Shown here: piece by piece, positions 37,470 to 46,601 of the stretch
Numbering within the stretch: position 1 is the first letter of the stretch
Layout of the letters: each line of letters begins with the position of its first letter
Assembly (NCBI GenBank): GCA_028700415.1
Contig: JAQVSS010000005.1
Span: forward strand, 1-57,648
Origin: Kiritimatiellia bacterium
GTDB lineage: Bacteria; Verrucomicrobiota; Kiritimatiellia; RFP12; UBA1067
Length of the DNA stretch: 57,648 nucleotides
Reading direction: 5' to 3'
Made by a program: the position numbers and the translations under genes
Notes under the pieces: generated by a model
Told to the model about the DNA's origin: nothing
The model's database searches: none
Seen by the model: only the letters and a program-made list of their open reading frames with translations

Positions 37470-38843
37470 TCAAAGGTATTTCGCGGCTGCGGCCGCGAGT
37501 TGGCTGCGCTCGCTGTGGTGCAAGGTGACATGGCCGTGAAGCGTCAGTTCCTTCATCCGCTCGGCCGCATAGGTGAGCCCGTTGCTGGAGGCGTCCAGAT
37601 AGGGGTTGTCGATTTGGTAGGGGTCGCCGGTGAGGATCACTTTCGAGCCTTCTCCGGCGCGGCTGACAACGGTCTTGACCTCGTGGGGCGTGAGGTTTTG
37701 GGCCTCGTCGATGAGGATGAACTGCCTGGAGATGGATCGGCCCCGGATATAGGTGAGCGCCTCCAGTTCAAGCGTGTCGGTGTCGAGCAATTGGCTGATG
37801 CGGTCTTGCGGGGTTAACACCTTGGGCTGTTTTTTTGCGCCTGTGGGCGGCTGGTCGGGCAGGTGTTTGCGGAGCAGGTAGTCGAGGTTGTCGAAAATGG
37901 GCTCCATCCAGTGGGAAAGCTTTTCCTCTTTGTCGCCGGGGAGATACCCGATGTCTTTGCCCAGCGGCACAATCGGGCGCGAGACGAGAATCCTGTCGTA
38001 CAGGTGCTCGCGCTGCACAAGGTGCAGGCCTGCCGCGAGGGCCAGCAACGTTTTTCCCGTGCCGGCCTGCCCGACGAGGGTGACGATGCTGACGGTCGGA
38101 TCCATCAGCAGCTCCAGCGCCATACGCTGCTCGATGTTGCGCGACTGGATCCCGTAGACCGTGTCGATCGCGAGGTTGATTTCGGCGAGCGTCCCGTCCG
38201 GGAAAACGCGCGCGATCGCCTTCATGTCGCTATCTTCGGCGGCGGTCAGGTGGAGGAACATGTTGGGGTAACACTTCGTGGGGACTGAGGAGAGAACCTG
38301 GCCCTCGTAGAGGCGCTTGATGAACTCTTGCGGCACGACGGCCTCGGCATAGCCGCTGTACAGTTCGTCGAAGTTGACTTTCTCGTGCTCGAAATCCTCG
38401 GTTTCGAGGTCGAGGGCGTTGGCTTTGACGCGCACGTTGATGTCCATGGAGACGATAATCACGCGCTCGCCTTTGCGGACGAGGGAATACGCGAGCCGGA
38501 TCAGCGCGTTATCGGGCGTGTCTTCCTCGAGGCCCGCTTTCTCGATCTCCGGGGTGACCAGCACGCGCAGGGTTCCCCCATTGGGAAGAGTGACGCCTTT
38601 TGAGAGCTTTCCCCCGGCCCGTAAGGCATCCAGTTTGCGGATGGACTCCCGGGCGTTGCGTCCGAGCTCGGAACTTTGCGTCTTGAACTTGTCCAGTTCT
38701 TCCAGCACCGCCATGGGCAGGACGACATGGTTGTCATCGAACACGTTCAGCGCCACGGGAGAGTGGAGCAGGACATTGGTGTCGAGGACAAAGGTTTTTG
38801 CGGCGTTTTTTTTCGAACGGCGTAAAACGGTTTTACGAGGCAT
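37470..38843 (-). CDS. PhoH2-type protein: N-terminal PIN domain fused to PhoH-like ATPase
   Basis: FVLDTNVLLHSP (PIN), Walker A GQAGTGKTLLA, LIDEAQN, GDPYQID. Confidence 0.9.
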   Translation of the reverse strand: MPRKTVLRRSKKNAAKTFVLDTNVLLHSPVALNVFDDNHVVLPMAVLEELDKFKTQSSELGRNARESIRKLDALRAGGKLSKGVTLPNGGTLRVLVTPEIEKAGLEEDTPDNALIRLAYSLVRKGERVIIVSMDINVRVKANALDLETEDFEHEKVNFDELYSGYAEAVVPQEFIKRLYEGQVLSSVPTKCYPNMFLHLTAAEDSDMKAIARVFPDGTLAEINLAIDTVYGIQSRNIEQRMALELLMDPTVSIVTLVGQAGTGKTLLALAAGLHLVQREHLYDRILVSRPIVPLGKDIGYLPGDKEEKLSHWMEPIFDNLDYLLRKHLPDQPPTGAKKQPKVLTPQDRISQLLDTDTLELEALTYIRGRSISRQFILIDEAQNLTPHEVKTVVSRAGEGSKVILTGDPYQIDNPYLDASSNGLTYAAERMKELTLHGHVTLHHSERSQLAAAAAKYL

Positions 38844-38856
38844 AAGGCATTATACG

Positions 38857-40353
38857 TTACAGGGTGTGTGTGGGGGGAACATGTTTGCGGTACATTCTCC
38901 AGCCGTAGTCCATGATCACCGCGAAACAGATCAGCGGGAGGACGAATGAGGCTCGCACGCTGGCGAGGGACATGAAGCCCAGGTTAAAGGTGCCCTGGTC
39001 CATGATCCAGCCTTGGAGCGGGGGCATGAGGCAACCGCCGCCGATCGCCATAATCAGGCCGGCCGCGCCGAGTTTGGCGTCGTCCCCGAGACCTTCCAGC
39101 GCGATGCCATAGATGGTCGGGAACATCAGCGACATGCAGGCGGAGACGCCGACCAGCGCCATGAGGCCCGACATGCCGGAGATCAGGAAGGGGGATTTGA
39201 GGTAGACGCCTAAGGCGGCAGAGGCGGAGGCGAGGCCGGTGGCGTCTCCCGTCGCCTGTTGGAGTTGAGCGGTTAAAGCCGCGCCCGCCCCGGGGTTCCC
39301 GCCGCCGAAGATGGTCCAGCCGATCAGCAGGAGACCGCCTGTCGCAAGTGCGAACAGGAGGGCTCCGGGGTTAAAGAACTTGAGCAGGAACGTGCAGATG
39401 AAACGGCTGGTGACGAAGATCATCATGGCGATCATGTTGTAGAATTGGCCGTCCGCTTTGGTCATCCCCAAGGTTTTCTCGGCATATTGGATGATGAACG
39501 TCCAGCACATGATCTGCGTGCCGACATAGAAGGTTTGGGCAATGACGCTGGCGGTGTAGCGGCGGTTTGAGACCAGCCTGCTGAAGGTGGGGGCCAGGTC
39601 GAGTGAAACGTGTCCCTCCTTCTTGTTCCGCGGCAGCTTGGCGATGATGAAAATCGCCATCATGACGAGCACCACAAGCCCCAGCAGCACGTAGGGCAGG
39701 ACGATGACGTCGAGATCGTGATCGGCGATGGCTTTGAATTTAGAGGGGTCGCTGGCCAGCAAGGCCCGTCGGGCCTCCTCGGTCATGGGGTCCAGTTTTT
39801 GGAGGATGAAATTTTTGGCCACAAGCATGCCCGTGAGAGAGCCCATGGGGTTGAACGCCTGTGCGAAGTTGAGTCGGCGGGTGGCCGTCTCTTCAGACCC
39901 CAGCGACAGGATGTAGGGATTGGCGCTGGTTTCGAGGAACGAGAGCCCGCAGGTCATGATGAAATAGGCGAGCAGAAAGGCCCAGAAGGCCATCATCCAG
40001 CCCGAGGGTATGAACAAGAGGCACCCCGTTGCGTACAAGGCGAGCCCGAGGATGAGGCCGGCCTGATAGGAGAAACGCTTGATGAAGATCGCCGCCGGAA
40101 TGGCCATCACGCAATAGCCCCCGTAAAAGGCGAACTGGACAAGGGAACTTTGAAAATTGCTGCTGAGCAGGATGTTTTTAAAGGCCGCGACCATCGGGTT
40201 GGTGATATCGTTCGCGAACCCCCACAAGGCGAACAACGAGGTTGTCAGAACAAACGGGAACACGAAATGCGGCTGCACGACACGGGGGTGAGCCGACGGG
40301 GCCGAAACAACTGCCATAAGGGACGACCTTTCAAAACATTCACGTAGCATCAA
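38857..40353 (-). CDS. FucP/GluP-type sugar:H+ symporter (MFS)
   Basis: SLFALWGFANDITNPMVAAFK and 12-TM architecture. Start is uncertain (TTG 40353, ATG 40350, or MAVV further in). Confidence 0.8.
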   Translation of the reverse strand: MMLRECFERSSLMAVVSAPSAHPRVVQPHFVFPFVLTTSLFALWGFANDITNPMVAAFKNILLSSNFQSSLVQFAFYGGYCVMAIPAAIFIKRFSYQAGLILGLALYATGCLLFIPSGWMMAFWAFLLAYFIMTCGLSFLETSANPYILSLGSEETATRRLNFAQAFNPMGSLTGMLVAKNFILQKLDPMTEEARRALLASDPSKFKAIADHDLDVIVLPYVLLGLVVLVMMAIFIIAKLPRNKKEGHVSLDLAPTFSRLVSNRRYTASVIAQTFYVGTQIMCWTFIIQYAEKTLGMTKADGQFYNMIAMMIFVTSRFICTFLLKFFNPGALLFALATGGLLLIGWTIFGGGNPGAGAALTAQLQQATGDATGLASASAALGVYLKSPFLISGMSGLMALVGVSACMSLMFPTIYGIALEGLGDDAKLGAAGLIMAIGGGCLMPPLQGWIMDQGTFNLGFMSLASVRASFVLPLICFAVIMDYGWRMYRKHVPPTHTL

Positions 40354-40416
40354 CCGTTCATGCCGGTTAAAACGAAGCGATTATATACCCTTTCATCCGG
40401 CAGATAAACCCCATTT

Positions 40417-43290
40417 TTATTGATTGGAAACTGGGCAGCGGGTGGCTCGGCCAGTGAGGTCGAGTATCCGGCCGAAGATACGGAGAAAACGCTCGTCACC
40501 GCCGCCGTTGGCGAGCTCCTCGGGATGGAACTGAACCCCCGCCGCCGGATAGTCGTCGCTCTCGATGACCTCGATAACCCCGTCTGTGGCGCGGGCGGAG
40601 ACCCTGAAGCCGGGGGCAATGTCCCTGACCGCCTGATGATGCAGGCTGTTGACGCCGATCCGGCCCTCTCCGATCAGTTTGGCGAGACGCGAGCCGCGCT
40701 CGACAACGATCTCATGCACGGGTTTAAACCGGCTGTCGCCGCGGCTATGGCGCACGTCCTTGACCGGGAACTCGCTCGGCAAGTCCTGCCAGAGCGTGCC
40801 GCCGAAGAAAATGTTCAGGGCCTGCACGCCGCGGCAGACGCCGAGCATCGGCAGACGGCGCGCCTTGGCCGCGCGCATCAGCGCAAAATCGAATTCGTCC
40901 CGCAGCTTTAGCACCCGACCGAGATGCGGCGACGGTGTCGCCCCGTAGAGCGACGGATCGAAGTCCTCCCCGCCAGAGAGAATGAGCGCGTCGAGTTTGG
41001 CGACCACTTCCGCAAGCGCGTTGGTGTCAGTCATCCGCGGCACGAACACTGGCACGTTCCCGGTCTTGCGGATGCATTCGGCGTAATGCCCGGCCCTTGC
41101 CCACTGGCTCGCCTTGCCTACGGGCGCACACGTGTCCGAGATTCCGATGAAGAGCGGATTCGCGTTCCCGCAGCCATTGCGCTCCAAAGCCTTGAGTTCG
41201 CGGAGCTTGCCATAGAGGAAAGCGACCTTCTCTTGTTCCGCGTGCTGGTCAGCCCACTCCAGAAGCTTGTCAACGCGGCGAATTTCCGCCTGCACGTCAG
41301 CATACGGCCGCTCATCCCAATGCGGCGCGGCGACGCGTACCCCGTCGACCACCACGTTCTTCGCGCCCTTCTCGACGCGGACGCGCTTGTTGACGTCTCC
41401 CGTGACAGTCACACCATCGACGTTGGCGGCGATCGTCAGCTCGCCGTTCAGGCGGCAGCCCTTTTCGAGTACGAGCTCGAGCCGCGAGCGGCGCAGGACG
41501 AGCGGCTTGACGTTCCAGTCCCCGGCGCCCAGATGCACAACCGTCTTCATGGAGTCATCGAGGAGCTTCCGCACCATTTCCGTCGCGTCGTCCTGCGGCG
41601 GCGCGTAGACTTTGAAACCGCGTCCGGCAGGCACGTACTTCGGGCACGTCCAGCCGCCCATGTTACCGTCGAGCACCCACTGAAGCTGGCGTTCGGCGTG
41701 ATACAGCTTCACCAGTTCGTCGAAATACGGCTTCGCGCTTTCCGGCTGGAAATCCTCCGTGCCGACGATCTCGTCGTCCAGCATCGCGCGGACATAGACG
41801 AGCCGCCAGCGCCAGCCGCTGCGCAGGGACGGCAGTATTTCGCGGTCGATCTTGAGCGCGAGCGCCTTCGCCTCGGCGGTGTCGCGTTTCTCCATGAGGT
41901 GTGGACGGTGGTTCTTCTCCAGGAATTCCACGAGCCGCACGAAGTCATCCGGGTCGGCGCCGGCGAAATGGTACGAGCCGTAGCGCCGCAGTATCGCGTC
42001 CACGGTCGTCGAAGGATCGACGTAGAGTCCGGTGATGATCGCCTTGTTGATGTCCTCGTAATTGCCCTCGGAATAGTACTTGAAACCGTCAACCGCATGT
42101 TCACACTGGCGGAAAAGCCGCTCATGGAACTTCGGGAGAGCGATCGCGCCGAAACCGCCCCACGGCACGCGTCCCCACATGCTAATCTCCGGGAAGGTGA
42201 TGAGTCTGGCCTTGCCCGGCAACTTGTGCTTCAGCGGATATTCCGGATACGTGTCGCCGAAGTCGTCGGCCAACACGTAGTCGACCCAGTCGTGGGTCTC
42301 CAAATACGTGTAAAGCCCCTTATAATCGGCGTCGTCGAAGAACCAGGTGCTGACGATATGCTTTGCCGACGGCTGCGCCGCGGAGTTCATGGCGTGAAAC
42401 TTCTCGATGAGCTTCAGAAACCCGTTTCCGCCCCACGGGCGGCACGTCTTGCAGCCGCATCCGCCCTCGTCGTACGGCCAGTAGCAGAAACTGCCTACCT
42501 TGAGGTCGGCGCTTCGCCCGAGGTCTTTCTTCCGGCCCTTGAGCAACGCCTCAAGCGCCCTTGGCTTCGCCGGACAGGCGTTGAAGCCGGTCGGCGGACA
42601 CTTCGGATTTGTGTTGGGCTCGGCGCGGAACTCCTCCGGAGAATCCGTCCGCATCTGGTTGCCGCCACCTCCTACGCCAAAATCACAGTCAAGCGCAATG
42701 ATCCGATTGTAAACCGCCTTGGAAATTCGACTGAACCTTTTCTTCTCGATTTCCGTCATGCGGGCGGCGTCAACGACCGGAATCTCGTACTGGTAAGTGA
42801 ACGAGTTGTTGCCGTCAAGCGCAAGATCGTCGACATGCCTGCAGAGTTCATGTTCATCCGCCTCCATGTAGTAATTGATGAAATGTCTCGCCAGATATGC
42901 CATACGGAAGGATTTCGCTGGTTTGAAATCATACACACCATCCTTGGGACAGAACGACTTGGCGCCGTATTGGAACGACTTGAGCAAAAGGCCAGTGCCG
43001 GCGACAAGTCCACGCAACCGCCCCGCCCTGATTTCAGCCTCGTCACCCTTCACCCAAACCCGCGCCTCTTCGCCCGTAACCGCAGCGTCGAGAACGTATC
43101 TGACACGAAAGGTCCCGTATGAGTCCGACTCTGGCGTCCGCTCGCGGACCCGTTCGGAGAGAAGTCCCCCGATAAACCGCATGGCTTCCGGGATGGACGA
43201 AACAACAACTTCAGTTTCCGAATACAGTGATTCAGCATGGGTAAACAAACCCACAAACACAATTGACACGAAAACAACCATGCATCGCAT
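40417..43290 (-). CDS. Secreted fusion protein: N-terminal glycosidase-like region (possibly DUF4838-like) plus C-terminal class-I glutamine amidotransferase / peptidase C26 (gamma-glutamyl hydrolase-like) domain
   Basis: Signal-peptide-like MRCMVVFVSIVFVGLFTHAES (start set at 43290; the ORF-track start is 43383). Cys-rich WPYDEGGCGCKTCRPWGG. C-terminal LILSGGEDFDP, nucleophile GVCRGVQ, HHQAV, GVQFHPE. Confidence 0.75.
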   Translation of the reverse strand: MRCMVVFVSIVFVGLFTHAESLYSETEVVVSSIPEAMRFIGGLLSERVRERTPESDSYGTFRVRYVLDAAVTGEEARVWVKGDEAEIRAGRLRGLVAGTGLLLKSFQYGAKSFCPKDGVYDFKPAKSFRMAYLARHFINYYMEADEHELCRHVDDLALDGNNSFTYQYEIPVVDAARMTEIEKKRFSRISKAVYNRIIALDCDFGVGGGGNQMRTDSPEEFRAEPNTNPKCPPTGFNACPAKPRALEALLKGRKKDLGRSADLKVGSFCYWPYDEGGCGCKTCRPWGGNGFLKLIEKFHAMNSAAQPSAKHIVSTWFFDDADYKGLYTYLETHDWVDYVLADDFGDTYPEYPLKHKLPGKARLITFPEISMWGRVPWGGFGAIALPKFHERLFRQCEHAVDGFKYYSEGNYEDINKAIITGLYVDPSTTVDAILRRYGSYHFAGADPDDFVRLVEFLEKNHRPHLMEKRDTAEAKALALKIDREILPSLRSGWRWRLVYVRAMLDDEIVGTEDFQPESAKPYFDELVKLYHAERQLQWVLDGNMGGWTCPKYVPAGRGFKVYAPPQDDATEMVRKLLDDSMKTVVHLGAGDWNVKPLVLRRSRLELVLEKGCRLNGELTIAANVDGVTVTGDVNKRVRVEKGAKNVVVDGVRVAAPHWDERPYADVQAEIRRVDKLLEWADQHAEQEKVAFLYGKLRELKALERNGCGNANPLFIGISDTCAPVGKASQWARAGHYAECIRKTGNVPVFVPRMTDTNALAEVVAKLDALILSGGEDFDPSLYGATPSPHLGRVLKLRDEFDFALMRAAKARRLPMLGVCRGVQALNIFFGGTLWQDLPSEFPVKDVRHSRGDSRFKPVHEIVVERGSRLAKLIGEGRIGVNSLHHQAVRDIAPGFRVSARATDGVIEVIESDDYPAAGVQFHPEELANGGGDERFLRIFGRILDLTGRATRCPVSNQ

Positions 43291-43534
43291 TTTTTTATAT
43301 GTGGTCTTCCAAATCATAAAACCGCATCCCGTCCTTATACTTAATGGTTCACTCGCATCCCATAGACTTGACTGTTGAAACATCGGTTCCTATGGTTCGC
43401 ACTTATTGTGTGTGGGGGGGACGGAGAGTGTCAACCCAGAAAAATCAGTGGAAAAAGTGTCCGGAGGGAGTTTTGGACAGCCGCCGGGCGTTTTGTTACG
43501 CTAAAAAACAACAGATAAAGCGAAGGGCGAGGCG

Positions 43535-44566
43535 ATGATGGCGTGGGATGAGCAAGAGGCGGAGGCACTGGTGGCGTTGCAGCGGGGGATCGGGTTGACC
43601 GAGCGCCCGTTTGCCAGACTTGGCGCGTCGTGCGGACTTTCGGAAGAAGCCGTCCTGGCGTTGGCGCAACGGTTATTTGCGGCGGGGGAGGCCCGGCGGT
43701 TCGGGGCGGTGTTTGATTCACGGCGGTTGGGATATAGCAGCGCGCTATGCGCCATGACGGTGCCGCGGGTGCGGATGAGCGAAATCGCGGCCAAAGTGGC
43801 GGGCGTTAAGGGCGTGACGCATGCGTATGAGCGGGGCTGGCCTGCCGGGCTGCCGTCTGATCTGCCCGGGGGGCCCGGCGGAAAGAGTTGGCCGAACCTG
43901 TGGTTCACGCTTGCGGCGCCTTCGGCGGAATTCGCGGCTGAACTGGAGAGGTTGCGTGCGGAGTGCCGGCCGTTTGCGATTCATGAGTTGCCGGCCACGC
44001 GCCGGTTCAAGATCGATGTGGTCTTCGATGTCCGCACGCGCGACCGCGATGAGCGCGTCGAACGGCGGTTGCCGCCCGTCAACGAACGCCCGCAGGGGGT
44101 CGAGTTGACGGCGGAGGAAAAGGGCCTCGTGCGTCTGCTGCAAGGCAATCTGCCGGTCTGCCCGCAATTTTTCGCGCCGCTGGCGGCGCAGGCGGGGATG
44201 AGTGAGCCGGCGCTTTTAGAAAAGCTCCGGGCCTGGCAGGCGTCGGGCGTGCTGCGGCGGATCGGGCTCTTGCTGCGGCACCGCGAGATGGGGTTCAAGG
44301 CCAACGGGATGTGTTGCTGGGATGTGCCCGAGGCGGAGGTGCTGGAGTCTGGGAGGCGTGTGGCAGCGTTTCCGGAGGTCACGCACTGCTATGAGCGCCC
44401 GCGGGTGGACCTCTTCCCGTTCCGTCTCTACGCGATGATCCACACGCCGACTTGGCTGGGCACGCAGCAGCTTTTCGCGCGCATCACGCGCGAAGCCGGA
44501 ATGTCGGGCGGGCAGTTGTTGCTTTCCCTGACCGAGTTCAAAAAAACGAGCATGCAGTTTTTCTAA
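43535..44566 (+). CDS. Fused two-module AsnC/Lrp-like siroheme decarboxylase homolog (AhbA/AhbB or NirDL type)
   Basis: Two tandem modules. The first runs LVALQRGIGLTERPFARLG...EEAVLALAQRLFAAGEARRFGAVFDSRRLGY. The second runs LVRLLQGNLPVCPQFFAPLA...LLEKLRAWQASGVLRRIGLLLRHREMGF. Confidence 0.7.
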   Translation: MMAWDEQEAEALVALQRGIGLTERPFARLGASCGLSEEAVLALAQRLFAAGEARRFGAVFDSRRLGYSSALCAMTVPRVRMSEIAAKVAGVKGVTHAYERGWPAGLPSDLPGGPGGKSWPNLWFTLAAPSAEFAAELERLRAECRPFAIHELPATRRFKIDVVFDVRTRDRDERVERRLPPVNERPQGVELTAEEKGLVRLLQGNLPVCPQFFAPLAAQAGMSEPALLEKLRAWQASGVLRRIGLLLRHREMGFKANGMCCWDVPEAEVLESGRRVAAFPEVTHCYERPRVDLFPFRLYAMIHTPTWLGTQQLFARITREAGMSGGQLLLSLTEFKKTSMQFF

Positions 44567-44567
44567 A

Positions 44568-45722
44568 ATGAAAATCGTTTGCGACAAGAACATGCCGTAT
44601 GCGGCAGAGGCGTTCGGCACCTTGGGTGAGGTGCGGTTGAAAGACGGCCGGCAGATCGCGGCGTCCGACGTGCGTGACGCCGGGCTGTTGATCACGCGCT
44701 CGACAACCAAAATCAATGCCGCCCTGCTGGACGGCAGCGCGGTGCGGTTCTACGGGTCCGGAGTCATCGGTACGGACCACATTGACATCCCCTATCTTGC
44801 GGCGCGCGGGATTGTCTGGGCGGGGGCGCCCGGATGCAATGCGGAAAGTGTGGCCAACTATGTGGCCGCGGCCTTGTTGTGGTTGGGCGGCAAACACGGA
44901 TTCGCGCTGGAGGGCCGGACGCTCGGCGTGATCGGCGTGGGCAATGTTGGGCGGCGCGTCTGCGCCCACGCGCGGGCTCTGGGCTTGCGCGTGTTGGCCA
45001 ACGACCCGCCCCGGCAGCGCGACGCGACGGATGTCGAGGCCCGGGGGTTCGTGCCGCTCGACCGCGTGCTTGAAGAGGCGGACATCATCACCTGTCATGT
45101 GCCATTGACCAAGACCGGGACGGACGCGACGGTCCATCTGTTGTCCGCGGTTCAGTTCGCGAGGATGAAACCCGGGGTGGTTGTGATCAACGCCGCCCGC
45201 GGCCCGGTGATTGAGACCGACGCGCTGCTGCCGGTGTTGGGCGCGCGCGTGGCACATGCGGTGATCGACTGTTGGGAAGGCGAGCCCGCCTATCGGGCTG
45301 ACCTGCTGGCCCGCGCGGATTTGGCGACGCCGCACATTGCTGGGCATTCCTACGAGGGCAAGGTGAACGGAACGGCCATCGTCTACCGGCACGCCTGCGC
45401 GTTCCTAGGTGTGGCGGCCACCTGTCCGTTCGCGCTTCCGCAACCGCCGTTGCCGCATTGGAATGCCGACGCGGCGGGCCGGAGTGACGAAGCCGTTTTG
45501 CGGGAACTCGTGCTGTCCGTATACGATATTGAGGCGGATTCGCTCCGGCTCAAGGGCTCCTGTGTGCCGGACGAAAAGGCGCGGGCCTCGGCGTTCGACG
45601 CGCAACGCAGCCAATACCCGATGCGGCGCGAATTCGCTTCGACGCGGGTTCATGTCGCGAATGCCTCCGATGCGCTCATGGCCAAGATGGCGGGGCTGGG
45701 ATTTGCTGTCCAGCGGCAATGA
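44568..45722 (+). CDS. pdxB: 4-phosphoerythronate dehydrogenase
   Basis: MKIVCDKNMPYAAEAFGTLGEV...GSGVIGTDHID...APGCNAESVANYV parallels the E. coli PdxB N-terminus. GVIGVGNVGRRV is the NAD site. Confidence 0.85.
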   Translation: MKIVCDKNMPYAAEAFGTLGEVRLKDGRQIAASDVRDAGLLITRSTTKINAALLDGSAVRFYGSGVIGTDHIDIPYLAARGIVWAGAPGCNAESVANYVAAALLWLGGKHGFALEGRTLGVIGVGNVGRRVCAHARALGLRVLANDPPRQRDATDVEARGFVPLDRVLEEADIITCHVPLTKTGTDATVHLLSAVQFARMKPGVVVINAARGPVIETDALLPVLGARVAHAVIDCWEGEPAYRADLLARADLATPHIAGHSYEGKVNGTAIVYRHACAFLGVAATCPFALPQPPLPHWNADAAGRSDEAVLRELVLSVYDIEADSLRLKGSCVPDEKARASAFDAQRSQYPMRREFASTRVHVANASDALMAKMAGLGFAVQRQ

Positions 45723-45844
45723 AAAAGGGCGGGGTGTTTCGGTTCGGGACACGCCGTGATGCGGCGGAAGTCCAAGAAAATTCATTTTACTTCCGGCGTT
45801 CAAACGTTTATTTTAATCACTTGTTTAATGAAGGCGAGGTGTGT

Positions 45845-46510
45845 ATGGGACCGAAAAGGCCGTCAAGAAAGAGTGAGTTGGACTCCAAGGACACGCGGGA
45901 GAAAATCCTCAATGCCGCGACGAAAGTGTTTGCCGAACACGGTTTCAGGGATGCGACCACGCGGCTGATCTGTGCGGAGGCGCAGGTGAATGTGGCTTTG
46001 GTGAATTATTACTTCCGTTCGAAGGCCGGGCTCTATAAGGCGGTCATTGCGGCGCTGTTCGAGGGCACAGGCAAGCCGCTGATGGCGCTCCCCGATACGG
46101 TCTGCGATGAGGTGTCCTGGCGGAAGGCGATGGAAACGTGGATCAGGCGGTCGCTCGCGATCTGCGCGGCCAGTAAGCCTCCCGAACTTTGGGTGGCGCG
46201 GCTGATGGGCATGGAGGAGTGTGTGCCGTCGGATCTGGCGCAGGACATTGAGGAGAAGTTCGCCAAACCCGTGCGCGAGGGCTTCATACGCCTGTTGCGC
46301 ATGGGGATGAAGCAGGACGACACGGTGGAGCTGAACCTGTGGGCCAGCACGGTGAACGCGCAATGCGTGATTTATGCGCTCACAAGGGAGAGATGGGCCG
46401 TGCGTTTCTGCCTGCCCGAGATGGAGATCAAGGACTGGCTGGACAGGGTGGCCGCCCATATCTGCGCGGGGATTTTCGCCCGCCTGTCCTTTCAGAGAAA
46501 AGTTGATTGA
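45845..46510 (+). CDS. TetR/AcrR family transcriptional regulator
   Basis: REKILNAATKVFAEHGFRDATTRLICAEAQVNVALVNYYFRSKAGLY. Preceded by an AT-rich promoter-like region (about 45780-45840). Confidence 0.9.
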   Translation: MGPKRPSRKSELDSKDTREKILNAATKVFAEHGFRDATTRLICAEAQVNVALVNYYFRSKAGLYKAVIAALFEGTGKPLMALPDTVCDEVSWRKAMETWIRRSLAICAASKPPELWVARLMGMEECVPSDLAQDIEEKFAKPVREGFIRLLRMGMKQDDTVELNLWASTVNAQCVIYALTRERWAVRFCLPEMEIKDWLDRVAAHICAGIFARLSFQRKVD

Positions 46511-46601
46511 CCGCTGCAGCCTGCGTCTCAAAGCGGCCCGGGCTCGCCGAACACGCTTTTCGCGATGGGGACCCGAAGGTTAGGGAAAAAGGCTTTCAAC
46601 A

